Origin: Planctomycetota bacterium
GTDB lineage: Bacteria > Planctomycetota > UBA1135 > UBA2386
Length of the DNA: 64,000 nucleotides
Reading direction: 5' to 3'
NCBI GenBank assembly: GCA_947501605.1
Contig: CANMWZ010000012.1
Coordinates: forward strand, 42,795-106,794
Under the pieces are notes generated by a model. It ran no database searches, was not told the origin of the DNA, and saw nothing but the letters and a program-made list of their open reading frames with translations. Below, in pieces: positions 1-10,708 of the stretch. The position numbers and the translations under genes were made by a program. The first letter of the stretch is position 1. Each line of letters starts with the position of its first letter.

Positions 1-351
1 GCGCGCGGCAATGAGCTGCTCCGGGGATGCCCCTAGCAGAAGCAGGTCCTTGGCGATCCCCGCAACTCTGCTGTAGCGCGGCTCAGCAGCGAGAACGTGG
101 ACGCCAGCGATGCGGTCCTTCGGCAGGAGCTCGAGCAGCACTTCGGCACTGAGCACGGAGGCCGCGACGATCCGGCGCGGGGCGCTGGCGATGGTCGCGG
201 CGTTGATTGCGCGCGGGAACGGTGCGTCGATGCGCTCTGTCAGCTCAGCGGGAACCGTGTGCGTCCCGGCCTCTGCCCCCGGCGCGGTCGCCATTGCGAT
301 GCCGCACCCCAAGACGGCGAGCATCATGACGTGGCCTGGACGAAGGGGCAT
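1..351 (-). CDS. Periplasmic substrate-binding protein, cobalamin/iron-chelate (BtuF/HmuT-like) class; 5' part only, runs off window start
   Basis: Not in the ORF track (no stop in window). Manual translation: MPLRPGHVMMLAVLGCGIAMATAPG...APRRIVAASVLSAEVLLELLPKDRIAGV...ASPEQLIAAR, matching the PxRIV...E.L..L...RI.GV...E.L.A pattern of class III binding proteins. Start may be 327. Confidence 0.7.
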   Translation of the reverse strand, partial: MPLRPGHVMMLAVLGCGIAMATAPGAEAGTHTVPAELTERIDAPFPRAINAATIASAPRRIVAASVLSAEVLLELLPKDRIAGVHVLAAEPRYSRVAGIAKDLLLLGASPEQLIAAR

Positions 352-736
352 TCGCGCATCATGGCTGCGGGCACGTTGCGAGGAAATCGGCGAGAGCAGG
401 CTTCGAGGTCGGAAACGGAGACGGGGACGGCTATTCGCCACAGCAGATCCTCGAGGTCCCGCCACCGGCAACGGTGGAAGACGAGCGCATCACGATCGGC
501 AGGCTCGCGCAATGAGGGGCCGTCGGTGGCAAGCCGTCGATTCGGATCCATGCGCTACTCGTGGGTCGGTGCCGATGGCTGGATCCAGGTCCTGGACCTA
601 CCCTCCTGCCGGCTTTGGGCCCGGTCGACCTACACGGCAACTGGTCGCGCTGCGAATGCACCTCGCCTACTTCGCCGTCAACTGTGGGTTGCGCCATGGC
701 GCTGCGTATCGCAGGCCACCTCTCGTTGCCTTACTC

Positions 737-1918
737 ATGCCGATACTCCCACGCACCCTCGCCTCCTTCCTCTGTAGCGCCGCCGCGATCTCCCAGGGGA
801 ATGCCGGCTATGCCGACCTGAGCTTCCAGAACCCCACGGCTCAAGGCACGGCCACCTTGACTGCTACCGTCTACTACCCGGCCATGGCGCCGGGCCGCGA
901 TGCTCCTCTGCTACCGCGGGCTGGTGGTCATCCCGTCGTGGTCTTCTTGCACGGACTCAACGTTCTCGGCCGTGGCTACGGTGCCCTTGGTCAGCGGTTT
1001 GCCGAGCAGGGCTACGTGGTGGTACTCGGCAACACCGCTCTGAGCTCAGCGACCACCCAGATCAACGACGGCATCGCCATGTTTCCGGCACTGGTGCAGG
1101 CCAACGGTCAGGCAGGCCATCTGCTGCAAGGGGCCTTGGACATGGGCCGAGCGGCTGTCTCCGGCCACTCGATGGGCGGCTCGTCGACGTGCGGCGTCCT
1201 GGCGGCCAATCCGGGCTATCGCGCGGGCTTCTGTTTCTCGCCTGGAGTGGCGCCTGCTGCCGCCCAAGTACACGTACCCATGGGAATCTGCCACGGCACC
1301 GGCGACACGTTTCTCGACTGGCAGACCTTTGGCGTCGCGCTCTACCAAGGGCTGGTCAATGTGCCGGTACTGAAGTTCTTCTACGTGCTCGGCCAAGACT
1401 GCACGCACGGCAACGTCGCCGGCTACACCCAGAACAACCAGATCGACCTCGACGTGTTCGCCGCGTCGAGCCAAGTAGCACTCGGGTTCTTCGACCGCTT
1501 CCTTCTCGACGACGCGGCGGGCCTCGAATCTGTGATCGGTCCGACAGCACGCGCAGAAGCGCGGCTGTTCCAGTTGGACACCGCAATCTACTCGCCGCAA
1601 CTCTGGGTCGTCGGCAATCCGCGACCGGGGCAAACCGTGACCTTCACCACCGCCGCCGCCCCTGGCCCCGCCGCCTTGTTTTGCGCGCTGGCTGAAGGCA
1701 ACTGGCCCACGCCCTTTGGCACGGCGTTGCTCGACCTCACATCGCTGATCGAGGTTTCGACCGGCGTGGCCGGCATCGACCATCTCTGGCTGTCGCCGCT
1801 GACGATCCCCAACGACGCTGCGCTGGTCGGCCTGCAGCTTCCCTTCCAGGGCTTGGCTACCTCGGAGCTTGGCGCGTTTCAGGTGACCGGTATGGTGCGA
1901 GTGCAGGTCCTGCCCTGA
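737..1918 (+). CDS. Secreted alpha/beta-fold hydrolase (chlorophyllase/dienelactone-hydrolase-like) with C-terminal beta domain
   Basis: Start reassigned to ATG 737 (signal peptide MPILPRTLASFLCSAAAISQ). VVVFLHG, nucleophile elbow GHSMGG, candidate Asp (GTGD) and His (CTHG). Confidence 0.8.
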   Translation: MPILPRTLASFLCSAAAISQGNAGYADLSFQNPTAQGTATLTATVYYPAMAPGRDAPLLPRAGGHPVVVFLHGLNVLGRGYGALGQRFAEQGYVVVLGNTALSSATTQINDGIAMFPALVQANGQAGHLLQGALDMGRAAVSGHSMGGSSTCGVLAANPGYRAGFCFSPGVAPAAAQVHVPMGICHGTGDTFLDWQTFGVALYQGLVNVPVLKFFYVLGQDCTHGNVAGYTQNNQIDLDVFAASSQVALGFFDRFLLDDAAGLESVIGPTARAEARLFQLDTAIYSPQLWVVGNPRPGQTVTFTTAAAPGPAALFCALAEGNWPTPFGTALLDLTSLIEVSTGVAGIDHLWLSPLTIPNDAALVGLQLPFQGLATSELGAFQVTGMVRVQVLP

Positions 1919-2121
1919 CGAAGACCATGCGGTGGATCGGGCCTTGGGCGCCGCCGCAGTCACCAAGCACCGCAAAAACCGCGACCGCGCGCTGCTAGGT
2001 CATCGTTCGCGACTTCACCATAATTGGGTAGCACCTCCGCTGTGGCAGCGGACCCGCGGTCCATGCTTGCCCGCACGACCGACTCTGCGGCCTCGGCCCC
2101 TACTCCAAGGCTCCACTCACC

Positions 2122-3186
2122 ATGCGCTTCCGCTTTGCCGTGCCCCTGCTCATTCTGTTCGTCGCCGTTGCTTGGCTGAACTGGCCCAGCACTTCGGCAC
2201 CAACGCATGGCCCTCTGATCACCGTCGAGCGCGGCTCCATCATCCGCCGTGCCATCGCTTCGGGGCAGGTCGATCCGGTCCAGGAAACCCAGGTCAACAC
2301 CCAACTGACCGGGTTCGTACGCACGTTGCACACGCAGCTCGGCAAGAAGGTGTCGGCCGGTGAGCCTCTGGCCGAGGTGTGGCCGGCCTTGACCGAACAG
2401 GACCTACTGCGCGCCGAACGCGGCCTGCAGCAAGCGATCGAAGGGGAAGAGGCGGCGGCCGAGTTCCACGAGGGCCAACACCTGCTCGCGAGCATGACGC
2501 GGTTTCTGCAGGGCCAGAAGAACCTCGATCGCATGCAACAATCGGCGCAGCGCGGGCGGCGAATGGCCGAAGAGTCGCTGAAGTTGCTCCGCGAGGGCAA
2601 GGTCGAGATCGACGGTCGACTCGTCGACTTCGTGGTCCGCGCGCCGGTCGCCGGCCACGTGCTCCAGCTAGTACGGCAGGGCGATCCAATCACGCCGGCG
2701 AGCAGCTATGGCCTGGGCACTGTACTCGCGGTGATCGGAGACCTCGATCGTCCCGTGTTCCGCGGCACGGTCGACGAAATCGACGTTGGCCGGCTACGAA
2801 CGGGAATGCCCGCAAGCGTGACGCTCGGTGCGTTGCCGGGCGTCGTGCTGACCGGAGCCGTCGTCGAAATCGGTCTCCGAGCACGACGTCAAGACAACGC
2901 GGCGTTGTTCGATGTGCGCATCCAACTCGAGCCCCGAGCCGACGTGATGCTCCGCGCCGGCTACAGTGCCGTTGCCGAAGTCGAGGTCGCCCGCGTCGAT
3001 GAGGTGTTGGTGCTCCCCGAACGCTGCTTGGTGCATCGAGGCGGCGAGTCGTTCGTCACACTGCTGCAGGCCGATGGCAAGACTGAGGAGCGCGCCGTCA
3101 AACTCGGACTCGGCGACGGCCTGCGGATCGAGATCGTTGACGGCTTGCCGGCCGACGCTCGCGTACTCGAGCCCCTCGTGCGCTGA
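2122..3186 (+). CDS. Efflux periplasmic adaptor subunit (MacA/HlyD family)
   Basis: N-terminal TM, lipoyl-like halves (GKKVSAGEPL, VRAPVAGHV, GDPI), VDEIDVGRL..GM, C-terminal VKLGLGDG..IEIVDGL. Confidence 0.9.
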   Translation: MRFRFAVPLLILFVAVAWLNWPSTSAPTHGPLITVERGSIIRRAIASGQVDPVQETQVNTQLTGFVRTLHTQLGKKVSAGEPLAEVWPALTEQDLLRAERGLQQAIEGEEAAAEFHEGQHLLASMTRFLQGQKNLDRMQQSAQRGRRMAEESLKLLREGKVEIDGRLVDFVVRAPVAGHVLQLVRQGDPITPASSYGLGTVLAVIGDLDRPVFRGTVDEIDVGRLRTGMPASVTLGALPGVVLTGAVVEIGLRARRQDNAALFDVRIQLEPRADVMLRAGYSAVAEVEVARVDEVLVLPERCLVHRGGESFVTLLQADGKTEERAVKLGLGDGLRIEIVDGLPADARVLEPLVR

Positions 3187-3188
3187 GC

Positions 3189-4427
3189 ATGCGTGCGCTC
3201 GCCGACACCCTGCACGAACTGTTGCGCGATCTCGGCGCACAAAAGTTGCGCACCGCACTGTCTCTCCTGGGCATCGCCTGGGGCACGCTGGCGACGGTGC
3301 TCTTGCTGGCGTTCTCGTTCGGGTTCGAGGAGCTGTTCGTCGAACGCGCACGCGGCCTCGGTGACGGCCTGACGATCGCTTGGCCGAACCGAACGACGCT
3401 GGCCGCGCGCGGACTGCCGGCTGGACGACTGCTGACCATCCGTCGCGACGACGTGACGGCGGTGGCTGACGAGGTGTCGTCGTTGCAGAGCATGAGCGCC
3501 GAGTACGCGCTCACCGAGCGCGTGCGCATCGGTGGAACGGTGCATCGCGTGCCGCTCTCTGGTGTAGACCCTCAGTTCGCTGGGCTCCGTTCGCTGAGGC
3601 CTGCCGGCGGAGGTCGATTCCCGAACACGCGCGACTCCGAACTGCGCGCCCGCGTCGTGTTCCTCGGCGATTCGCTGGCCAACACGTTGTTCCCTCGACA
3701 AGACCCGATCGGGCGCACCGTGACGCTGCACGGTTTGTCGTTCACCGTAGTCGGCGTGTTGCAATCGAAGCTGCAGGACAGCGACTACGGTGGTCAGGAC
3801 AAAGACCGAGCGTGGATTCCGGCGACCACGTTCTTGGCGGTGTTCGGCCAACGCGGCATCAGCAACTTTGTCTTCCGCGCGATCGACGCCACGAAGCAAG
3901 AAGAGTGCACGCGGAGCGTGATCGCCGCGTTCGCACGACGACTGCAGTTCGACCCGAGTGATCGCGAAGCCCTGTCCATCTGGGACACGACCGAACAGCG
4001 ACGGATGCTGTCGTTCATCTTCCTCGGGTTTCACACGATGCTTGGAATCGGTGGAGTGTTCACGCTGGTGGTCGGCGGTCTCGGCATCGCGCATCTGATG
4101 CAGCTGATGGTGCGGCGGCGCACCGTCGAGATCGGCCTCAAGCTCGCGGTCGGTGCCGAACCAGCCCGCGTTCGCAATGAATGGCTCTTGCAGGCGCTCG
4201 CCTTGGTGCTCGCCGGAGCCGGCGGCGGACTGTTGTTCGCCATCGCTGCCATCGCCGCAGTACGCAGCTCTCCATTCACCGCGCAAGTCGGCATGCCCTT
4301 CGTACCATTGCCGCTCGCCATCGCCACCGCTGCACTGTTGGCCGGTATCGCGTTCGTCGCCGGTTACTTGCCGGCCCGAACCGCATCGCGCCTCGATCCC
4401 GTCAGCGCACTGCGAGGTGGCGGATGA
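3189..4427 (+). CDS. ABC transporter permease (MacB/FtsX family)
   Basis: KLRTALSLLGIAWG, periplasmic domain, RRTVEIGLKLAVGA, PARTASRLDPVSALR. Confidence 0.9.
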   Translation: MRALADTLHELLRDLGAQKLRTALSLLGIAWGTLATVLLLAFSFGFEELFVERARGLGDGLTIAWPNRTTLAARGLPAGRLLTIRRDDVTAVADEVSSLQSMSAEYALTERVRIGGTVHRVPLSGVDPQFAGLRSLRPAGGGRFPNTRDSELRARVVFLGDSLANTLFPRQDPIGRTVTLHGLSFTVVGVLQSKLQDSDYGGQDKDRAWIPATTFLAVFGQRGISNFVFRAIDATKQEECTRSVIAAFARRLQFDPSDREALSIWDTTEQRRMLSFIFLGFHTMLGIGGVFTLVVGGLGIAHLMQLMVRRRTVEIGLKLAVGAEPARVRNEWLLQALALVLAGAGGGLLFAIAAIAAVRSSPFTAQVGMPFVPLPLAIATAALLAGIAFVAGYLPARTASRLDPVSALRGGG

Positions 4428-5654
4428 ACGAGTTCTTGGACCTGCTCGGCGAGACCTGGAGCAACCGCCGACGGCTCATGCCCGCCGTGATCGGTCTCTG
4501 CTTTGGCACGCTCGGACTATCGATCCTGCTCGCGTTCGGCGACGGCTTTGACACCGCGATGAACAGCGCTCTAGGGCGCTCAGGTGAAACGATGATCCGC
4601 TGGTTCGGCGGCACCACTTCGCGGCCGTTCCGAGGCCAGCCCGCAGGACGCCTCGCGGCCTTCAGTCCGAGCGATGTCGAGTTGTTGCGCAGCGCACCCG
4701 GCGTCCTTGCCGCCAGTCTCGAGACTGGCCTCAATGCCCGCGTGGTCGCCGATGATGGGACGCGCAGCGCCAATCCGTACATCGCCGCGGTCGGTCACGA
4801 ATGGCTGCTGGTGCGTCGCCGCGCGGTGGAGCCGGGCGGCCGCTTCTTGTCACCTCTGGACGAAGGCGATCGGCGGCGTGTTGCGGTAATCGGCGCCGAG
4901 CTCGCGCAGCAGTTGTTTCGCACTGAAGCCGTCGTTGGCCGAACGGTGCGCGTGTTCGAGCAGCCTTTCACCATCGTCGGCGTACTCGGTCAACAGACGC
5001 AGTTGATGCAGAGCAACGGCGACGATGCCGGCAAGCTGTTCGTGCCGTTCCGCACCGTGGCGCCGCTGCGCGGTCTGCGCGCGCCCCAAGTGGTCATGAC
5101 GCGGATCGACAACGCCCTGCTTGCGCGCGAGCGCGAGGCCCAGCAGCGCGTGTTGCTGGCCAACCGCCTGCAATGCGACCCCGCCGACGTCGCCGCCTTG
5201 CGCGTGTCCAATCACGCGATCACGGCGCGCGAGATTCGCGGCATCCTCACCGGCACGCGCGTGTTCCTCTTCGTCATCGGCGTGCTCGGTCTGCTGGTCG
5301 CCGCCATCGGCGTCGCCAACATGACCATCGTGCTGGTGGAAGAGCGCATCCCCGAGATCGGCTTGCGCATGGCGTTTGGCGCCACACCACGGCAGATCCG
5401 GCGGCGCCAACTCGCCGAGACGCTGGCAATGGTCGGCATCGGCGGCGGCGGCGGCCTGCTGCTCGCCGCCGCGTTGTTCTGGGGCGTGAATCAACTGCCA
5501 TTCGACCCGATCGCGAAGGGCTACCTCGGCGAGCCGGTGTTGTCCGTGACGACGTCGCTGACCATCGCCGGACTGCTCGGCCTCTGTGGCGGCATTGCCG
5601 GTTGGCAGCCGGCCGTGCGCGCCGCCAATGTGCAACCCGTAGAGGCCCTGCGTC

Positions 5655-5662
<8 letters not shown>
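4424..5662 (+). CDS. ABC transporter permease (MacB/FtsX family), second copy
   Basis: Start ATG 4424 in an ATGA overlap with the upstream stop; GVANM..LVEERIPEIGLRMAFGA; PAVRAANVQPVEALR. Confidence 0.9.
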
Positions 5663-6353
<691 letters not shown>

Positions 6354-6525
6354 TGCGAGGCCTCACCGAAGTGAGTAGGGCTGCAGCCGCCGAGAATGAC
6401 CGCGGCCAACGAACGCCGACTCGCACGGCTGTCTCTGCAGTAAAGACGCCGATTGTCGCGGTACCCACCCACCAGGGGCAGCAGCAGGCTCACGGCGCTC
6501 GTTCACGACTCCTTCGCCTCGTCGA

Positions 6526-7596
6526 TCACCGCCGTCCACGACGGACCCGCGGAACCAACGATTGATCGATCGGCGTGCGCGACACCAGCACGCTGGTGAC
6601 GCCGGCGGCGCGCGCGTGTGCGCATTGTGCGCCGACGTCCGCATCCACACTCCAGCCTTCGACCACTGCCAATAGCGACTCGCCAAGCAACTCGCGCGCA
6701 TGCTGCTTCTTCTCGCGCGCGCGCAGGTGCTCGATCGCAAACTCGACCCAACCGGCGGTGCCACCAAAGCGCGGCAAGTCGCGACCGAACGCGCGATAGG
6801 CCAGCAGGAGCGCCACCTGCGGCGCGGCGGCACGGAGCGGGGCCCACTGCGCGTCGAACTCGCGCCAGCACGCACCGCCGTAGCAGCCGACGCCGTGGCA
6901 GGCGCCGTCCTTGACCGTGTCCGCCTCCTCGCACTCGGTGACCCATACCGGGATCACCAAGCTCTGCGGCACCATGGCCGCCACTTCGCACACAAAGCGC
7001 GCCGCCGCGTCGTTGCCGAGCGGAGTTGCACTGCGAAGGGGTACGCGACCGCCGAGCGTGTAGTCCGTAGCCCAGCGGCACAGCACGTTGCCGCAGCCGC
7101 ACGCGGAGGGCGGGCCCTGCAAGTCGTTGAGAAACACGAAGTCTGCGGGCGGTAGCGCAGCGAGGCGCGCGGCGAGTCGATCTCGCTGCACGGCGAAGAC
7201 CTCGGCATAGGCAATCGGCACCCACGGCCAGGCCTGCACGACCTCGCCCACAGCCAACGCATGCGCCCCGTGCTGTTGTTGCCACTCCTCGTGGCCTTGC
7301 AAACTCGCGACCCACTCGGGGTGCGCATTGGCCAACGCTTCGTCGCGGCCAATCTCAAACCAATAGCCAAGCTGCAGGCCCTGGCTTCGCACCTGCTGCG
7401 CCGCCGCCAAGACTGCTTCGTCGGTGCTCTGTGCACCGACTACCAGCACCACCGTGTCGAGCGGAGCAGCAACGTCGACGAGCGCGCGCGACCAGACAGC
7501 GCCCGGCTCGATCAGCTCGCCGTACTTGAGCGCGCGCGGTTGCGGCGACACCAAGCACGCCGCGAGCAGCGTGGGGGCGAGCAGCAAGGTCCGCAC
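6526..7596 (-). CDS. Cys-rich hypothetical lipoprotein, possibly glycoside-hydrolase-like TIM barrel
   Basis: Lipobox LAAC; HPEW, DFVFLND, CGCGNVLC and a second Cys cluster; starts 2 bp after the DUF3179 gene stop. Confidence 0.6.
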   Translation of the reverse strand: MRTLLLAPTLLAACLVSPQPRALKYGELIEPGAVWSRALVDVAAPLDTVVLVVGAQSTDEAVLAAAQQVRSQGLQLGYWFEIGRDEALANAHPEWVASLQGHEEWQQQHGAHALAVGEVVQAWPWVPIAYAEVFAVQRDRLAARLAALPPADFVFLNDLQGPPSACGCGNVLCRWATDYTLGGRVPLRSATPLGNDAAARFVCEVAAMVPQSLVIPVWVTECEEADTVKDGACHGVGCYGGACWREFDAQWAPLRAAAPQVALLLAYRAFGRDLPRFGGTAGWVEFAIEHLRAREKKQHARELLGESLLAVVEGWSVDADVGAQCAHARAAGVTSVLVSRTPIDQSLVPRVRRGRR

Positions 7597-7598
7597 GA

Positions 7599-8579
7599 CT
7601 ACTTCTTCGCCTCGTCCGTCGACGGCGGCTCAACGTGCACCGCGGTATCCGGATGCTCGGCGACCCAGGCAAACCACTTGCACTGCACGCTGTCGACCCA
7701 GGTCAACTCCTCGCCGCGCAGCAATCCGTCGATGCCGCGCCCGGCGATCGACCAACGCGTGCTCGTGTTCTTGTCCTTGAAGGGCGCCGTCACAGGGGCG
7801 ATGCCGTCGACGCCGAACTCCAGCTTGGCATCGCCCTTGACGGCGCGAAACGCCGTCGCTGCGCGGGCCGCGTCCTGCACGAACACCGCCACGCTGATGC
7901 CGCCGACCTTGTCCTGCAACACTGCGCACGGCGGCAGCTCGCTCAAGGGGAACGCCATGCACTTGCCATTGACCAACACACCGAGCACCGGAGCCTCGGC
8001 CGGCAGGCGCGTGTCGATGGCTCCGCGCGTCGCCACGCTCGCGAGCTCCGGCTCTGTCGGCAACTCGACGACGGGGTAGCGCTTGCCGTCGAACAGGTCG
8101 TAGGCGGTGGATTCGGGGTGCAGCGAGAGCCAGTGGCCCCACGTAGTGGTCAGGCTTGGAATGCGCGGCAACTGCTCCCCGTTGCGCGGACCTGCGATAC
8201 CGCGGCCCGTGAGCGCGGAGAACAGCGTTCCGTCCTCGTGCTTCACGACCATCACGCCGCGCCGCCATCCGTGGAATGAGTAGCCGTAGGCCTTCTCGTA
8301 GGCGGCGACGTAGCCGCCGTCCGGGTCGTAGAAGAACAGGCCGTAGGTATCGTTGACCACGCGTGGTCCGGCCAAGAAATGGCGCAGTGGCGCGGCCCCA
8401 CCGTTGTGGCGAGCGCGGATCCAGGCGATCACTGGGTCGCCCGTCGACACGAAGCCCTTCTGGTGCTGCGTGATGACATACGAGCACGGCGGCTCGTTCA
8501 GGGCCGCGCAGGGTGGGCAAGCGGTGATCGCTTCTGGATCTTGCTGCAACAGCAGCGTGAGCATCAGGGTCGTTAGCAT
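7599..8579 (-). CDS. DUF3179-like exported protein
   Basis: Start reassigned to ATG 8579. Two copies of the DUF3179-type motif (GTLFSALTGRGIAGPRNGEQL...TTWGHW...HP and TRWSIAGRGIDGLLRGEEL...WFAWVAEHPDT); N-terminal CPPC. Confidence 0.7.
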   Translation of the reverse strand: MLTTLMLTLLLQQDPEAITACPPCAALNEPPCSYVITQHQKGFVSTGDPVIAWIRARHNGGAAPLRHFLAGPRVVNDTYGLFFYDPDGGYVAAYEKAYGYSFHGWRRGVMVVKHEDGTLFSALTGRGIAGPRNGEQLPRIPSLTTTWGHWLSLHPESTAYDLFDGKRYPVVELPTEPELASVATRGAIDTRLPAEAPVLGVLVNGKCMAFPLSELPPCAVLQDKVGGISVAVFVQDAARAATAFRAVKGDAKLEFGVDGIAPVTAPFKDKNTSTRWSIAGRGIDGLLRGEELTWVDSVQCKWFAWVAEHPDTAVHVEPPSTDEAKK

Positions 8580-8700
8580 GGTGCCTAGCAGATCCGACAA
8601 GCGTAGCGACGACCCAGCTCGGCGCAGCGTCGGCACCCGGCAGCGATCCGCGCTCGAGCACGGGCCGCCGCCGTGTCGAAGGGCTCTTGCAGCGCACCGA

Positions 8701-9600
8701 TCACAACGGCTGGCTTCGGCCTGTCCGCCGTACCGTCGTACTCGCTGGCAATCCGCGCTGCCGCTGCGCAATCGCCAGCAGGGCCTCGTGCACCTCGTCG
8801 ATCGTGCGGGCCAGGGTCGACGTGCCGGCCGTGAGGCCCACAACCGCGCGGCCATCGAACCATTGGTCGTCGAGTTCGCTCGCCCGCTCGATGTGCAATG
8901 CCGGCACACCCTGTTCGGCCGCACTTGCAACCAACTGCTTCGTGTTGTTCGAGTTGTGACCGCCTACCACGACCAACGCATCAATCCTCGGCAACAGCGC
9001 TCGCAACGCGTCGACTCGGGCCTTGGTCGGGCTGCAGATGGTGTCGGCGAAGTGCACCACGGCGTGCGGGTTTGCCGTGCGAATTGCGGCCAACAGCTGC
9101 TCGGCGACATCGACTTGGGTGGTCGTCTGGCAGACGACCCCCAGGTGTGCATCCGGCCAAGTCGCGACATTGGCGGCCGTGGTGACGACGATTGCATCGG
9201 TCAAGTCTTCGATGATGCCGAGGACCTCGACGTGATCGCGCTTGCCGAGCACGACGACGCGGCAACCTTGCCGTTGCAGTTGCTGCGCCGCCGCGTGGGC
9301 CTTCTGCACGAGGGGGCACGTGGTGTCGATGAGTTGCTTGCCAGCGGCCTCGAGTCGCGTTCGCTCACGCTCACTGATGCCGTGCGCAGTGACCAGCACG
9401 ACGGGCTTCTCGGGCACCTGGCGCTCACCCTCAGGCGACCTTGTGAAGCCGCGCCGGTCGAGGTCGCGCAAGACCTCGGGGTTGTGCACCAACTCGCCGT
9501 GGATGGTGACGGCCGTCGGAGCCGAAACCTGATCGAGTACGTGCAGGGCATCGCGCACGCCAAAGCACATGCCGAGTTCTTCGGCTCGCAGGATCTTCAT
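8701..9600 (-). CDS. ispH: 4-hydroxy-3-methylbut-2-enyl diphosphate reductase
   Basis: GMCFGV, ELVHN, TAHG, DTTCPLV, HVEV, QTT, DTIC, VVGG.NSNNT, GLTAGTST; three Fe-S cysteines present; GGAG RBS before ATG 9600. Confidence 0.95.
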   Translation of the reverse strand: MKILRAEELGMCFGVRDALHVLDQVSAPTAVTIHGELVHNPEVLRDLDRRGFTRSPEGERQVPEKPVVLVTAHGISERERTRLEAAGKQLIDTTCPLVQKAHAAAQQLQRQGCRVVVLGKRDHVEVLGIIEDLTDAIVVTTAANVATWPDAHLGVVCQTTTQVDVAEQLLAAIRTANPHAVVHFADTICSPTKARVDALRALLPRIDALVVVGGHNSNNTKQLVASAAEQGVPALHIERASELDDQWFDGRAVVGLTAGTSTLARTIDEVHEALLAIAQRQRGLPASTTVRRTGRSQPL

Positions 9601-9623
9601 CGCGTTCTCCATGGTCGGTATCT

Positions 9624-9640
9624 GCTTGGCATTGCAAAGT
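9624..9640. promoter_or_regulatory. Putative operator, ACTTTG-N5-CAAAGT-like imperfect palindrome upstream of ispH
   Basis: + strand GCTTGGCATTGCAAAGT; matches the site at 10692-10708. Confidence 0.55.
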
Positions 9641-9683
9641 TTCACTCCGTGGTGCTGCAGGAGGTGAAGTGACAAGGTCGGCG

Positions 9684-10070
9684 TCACGCCGGCTGAAAGC
9701 CGTCGGGGTCGCTGCGCTTCTTTGCCCTGGACGACTTGGCCGCCTCATTGGCGTCGCTGACTACGGCACCGAGGACGGCGACGTAGTCGAGGAAGCGCTT
9801 GCGTCCGACATCGGTCAACCGGCAGAGCGTCTGCGGCCGCTTGCCTTTGAAGCCTTTCCAGATCTCGACCAGTGCAGCGTCTTGAAGCACGGTCAGATGG
9901 CGACTGAGGTTGCCGTCGGTGAGCTGGCACAGCTCCTTCAGATCCGTGAACAGCACGCCTTCGACGCGGGCCGCGAGTGAGGTCAGGATGCCGAGGCGGG
10001 CCTTTTCGTGGATGACGCGATCGAGTCCGTCGTAGGCGTAGCGGCCGGTCGATTGCTTCTTCTCGGTCAT
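9684..10070 (-). CDS. Winged-helix transcriptional regulator (MarR-like, HTH_34 type)
   Basis: Start ATG 10070 in ATGA overlap; LDRVIHEKARLGILTSL...FTDLKELCQLTDGNLSRHL...K.F.GKRPQT..RLT..GR. Confidence 0.9.
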   Translation of the reverse strand: MTEKKQSTGRYAYDGLDRVIHEKARLGILTSLAARVEGVLFTDLKELCQLTDGNLSRHLTVLQDAALVEIWKGFKGKRPQTLCRLTDVGRKRFLDYVAVLGAVVSDANEAAKSSRAKKRSDPDGFQPA

Positions 10071-10675
10071 GCGAGTTCTCCATCGCGCTCGAGCTGCCAG
10101 TAGAGGATTGCGCTCAGCACGAGTTGCCCGAGGGTGAACGGAACGCCCATGGCCCACGGTTCGAGTGCTTGTTGGCCGAGCCACAAACACGAGGTGCCGC
10201 TGAGCAAAAAGAACGCGCCGACGACGAATCCAAGGCCCGGCAACAGGCGCCACGCCGCCAGGATGCCGAGACCGAACAGCATCTGCCACAGACCCGGCAA
10301 CAACCACAACTGGTCGCCCAGCCGAGTCGCCACAAAGGTCGTGAGGGCGGCGCCCGCGAACAGTGCCGGTGCGAACTGCTCCCACGCCAGCAGCGTCGTG
10401 GCGCTGGCCAAGGTGCCGCTGCTGCGGCGCACGCGGAAGGCCATCTCCATCGCTGCCGCCACCATCGAGGTGACCGCGCTGCCGACCCATAGGATCAGAT
10501 ATCGCATCGGTTCGGCGGTTGGGTCAGCGATCCAACAACTCTGCGCGAGCGCAGCGATGAGGGCGAGGACCGCTGAAAACGCCACGGGCACGGCGCGCAA
10601 GCAGCGCAACCGTTCGGTGCGCGCGAGCTGGGACCGGATCACTGTCAGTTGGTCGATGGCGTCGCGAAGTTCCAC
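10067..10675 (-). CDS. Multi-pass membrane protein co-transcribed with the wHTH regulator
   Basis: GTG 10675 preceded by GGAGG; about 6 hydrophobic segments; ELRDAIDQLTVIRSQLAR N-terminus. Confidence 0.75.
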   Translation of the reverse strand: MELRDAIDQLTVIRSQLARTERLRCLRAVPVAFSAVLALIAALAQSCWIADPTAEPMRYLILWVGSAVTSMVAAAMEMAFRVRRSSGTLASATTLLAWEQFAPALFAGAALTTFVATRLGDQLWLLPGLWQMLFGLGILAAWRLLPGLGFVVGAFFLLSGTSCLWLGQQALEPWAMGVPFTLGQLVLSAILYWQLERDGELA

Positions 10676-10691
10676 GGGCAAGAGCCTCCAG

Positions 10692-10708
10692 GCTTTGTGC
10701 AGCAAAGT
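10692..10708. promoter_or_regulatory. Putative operator, ACTTTG-N5-CAAAGT-like palindrome overlapping the -10 box
   Basis: + strand GCTTTGTGCAGCAAAGT. Confidence 0.6.

Noticed and set aside
352..736. Cobalamin riboswitch upstream of the BtuF-like gene
   Set aside because: Could not find the conserved GGGAA, GCCACUG or B12-box elements on the minus strand.
7599..8579. Selenocysteine recoding in the DUF3179-like or peroxiredoxin genes
   Set aside because: No in-frame TGA at the redox Cys positions; frames are uninterrupted.
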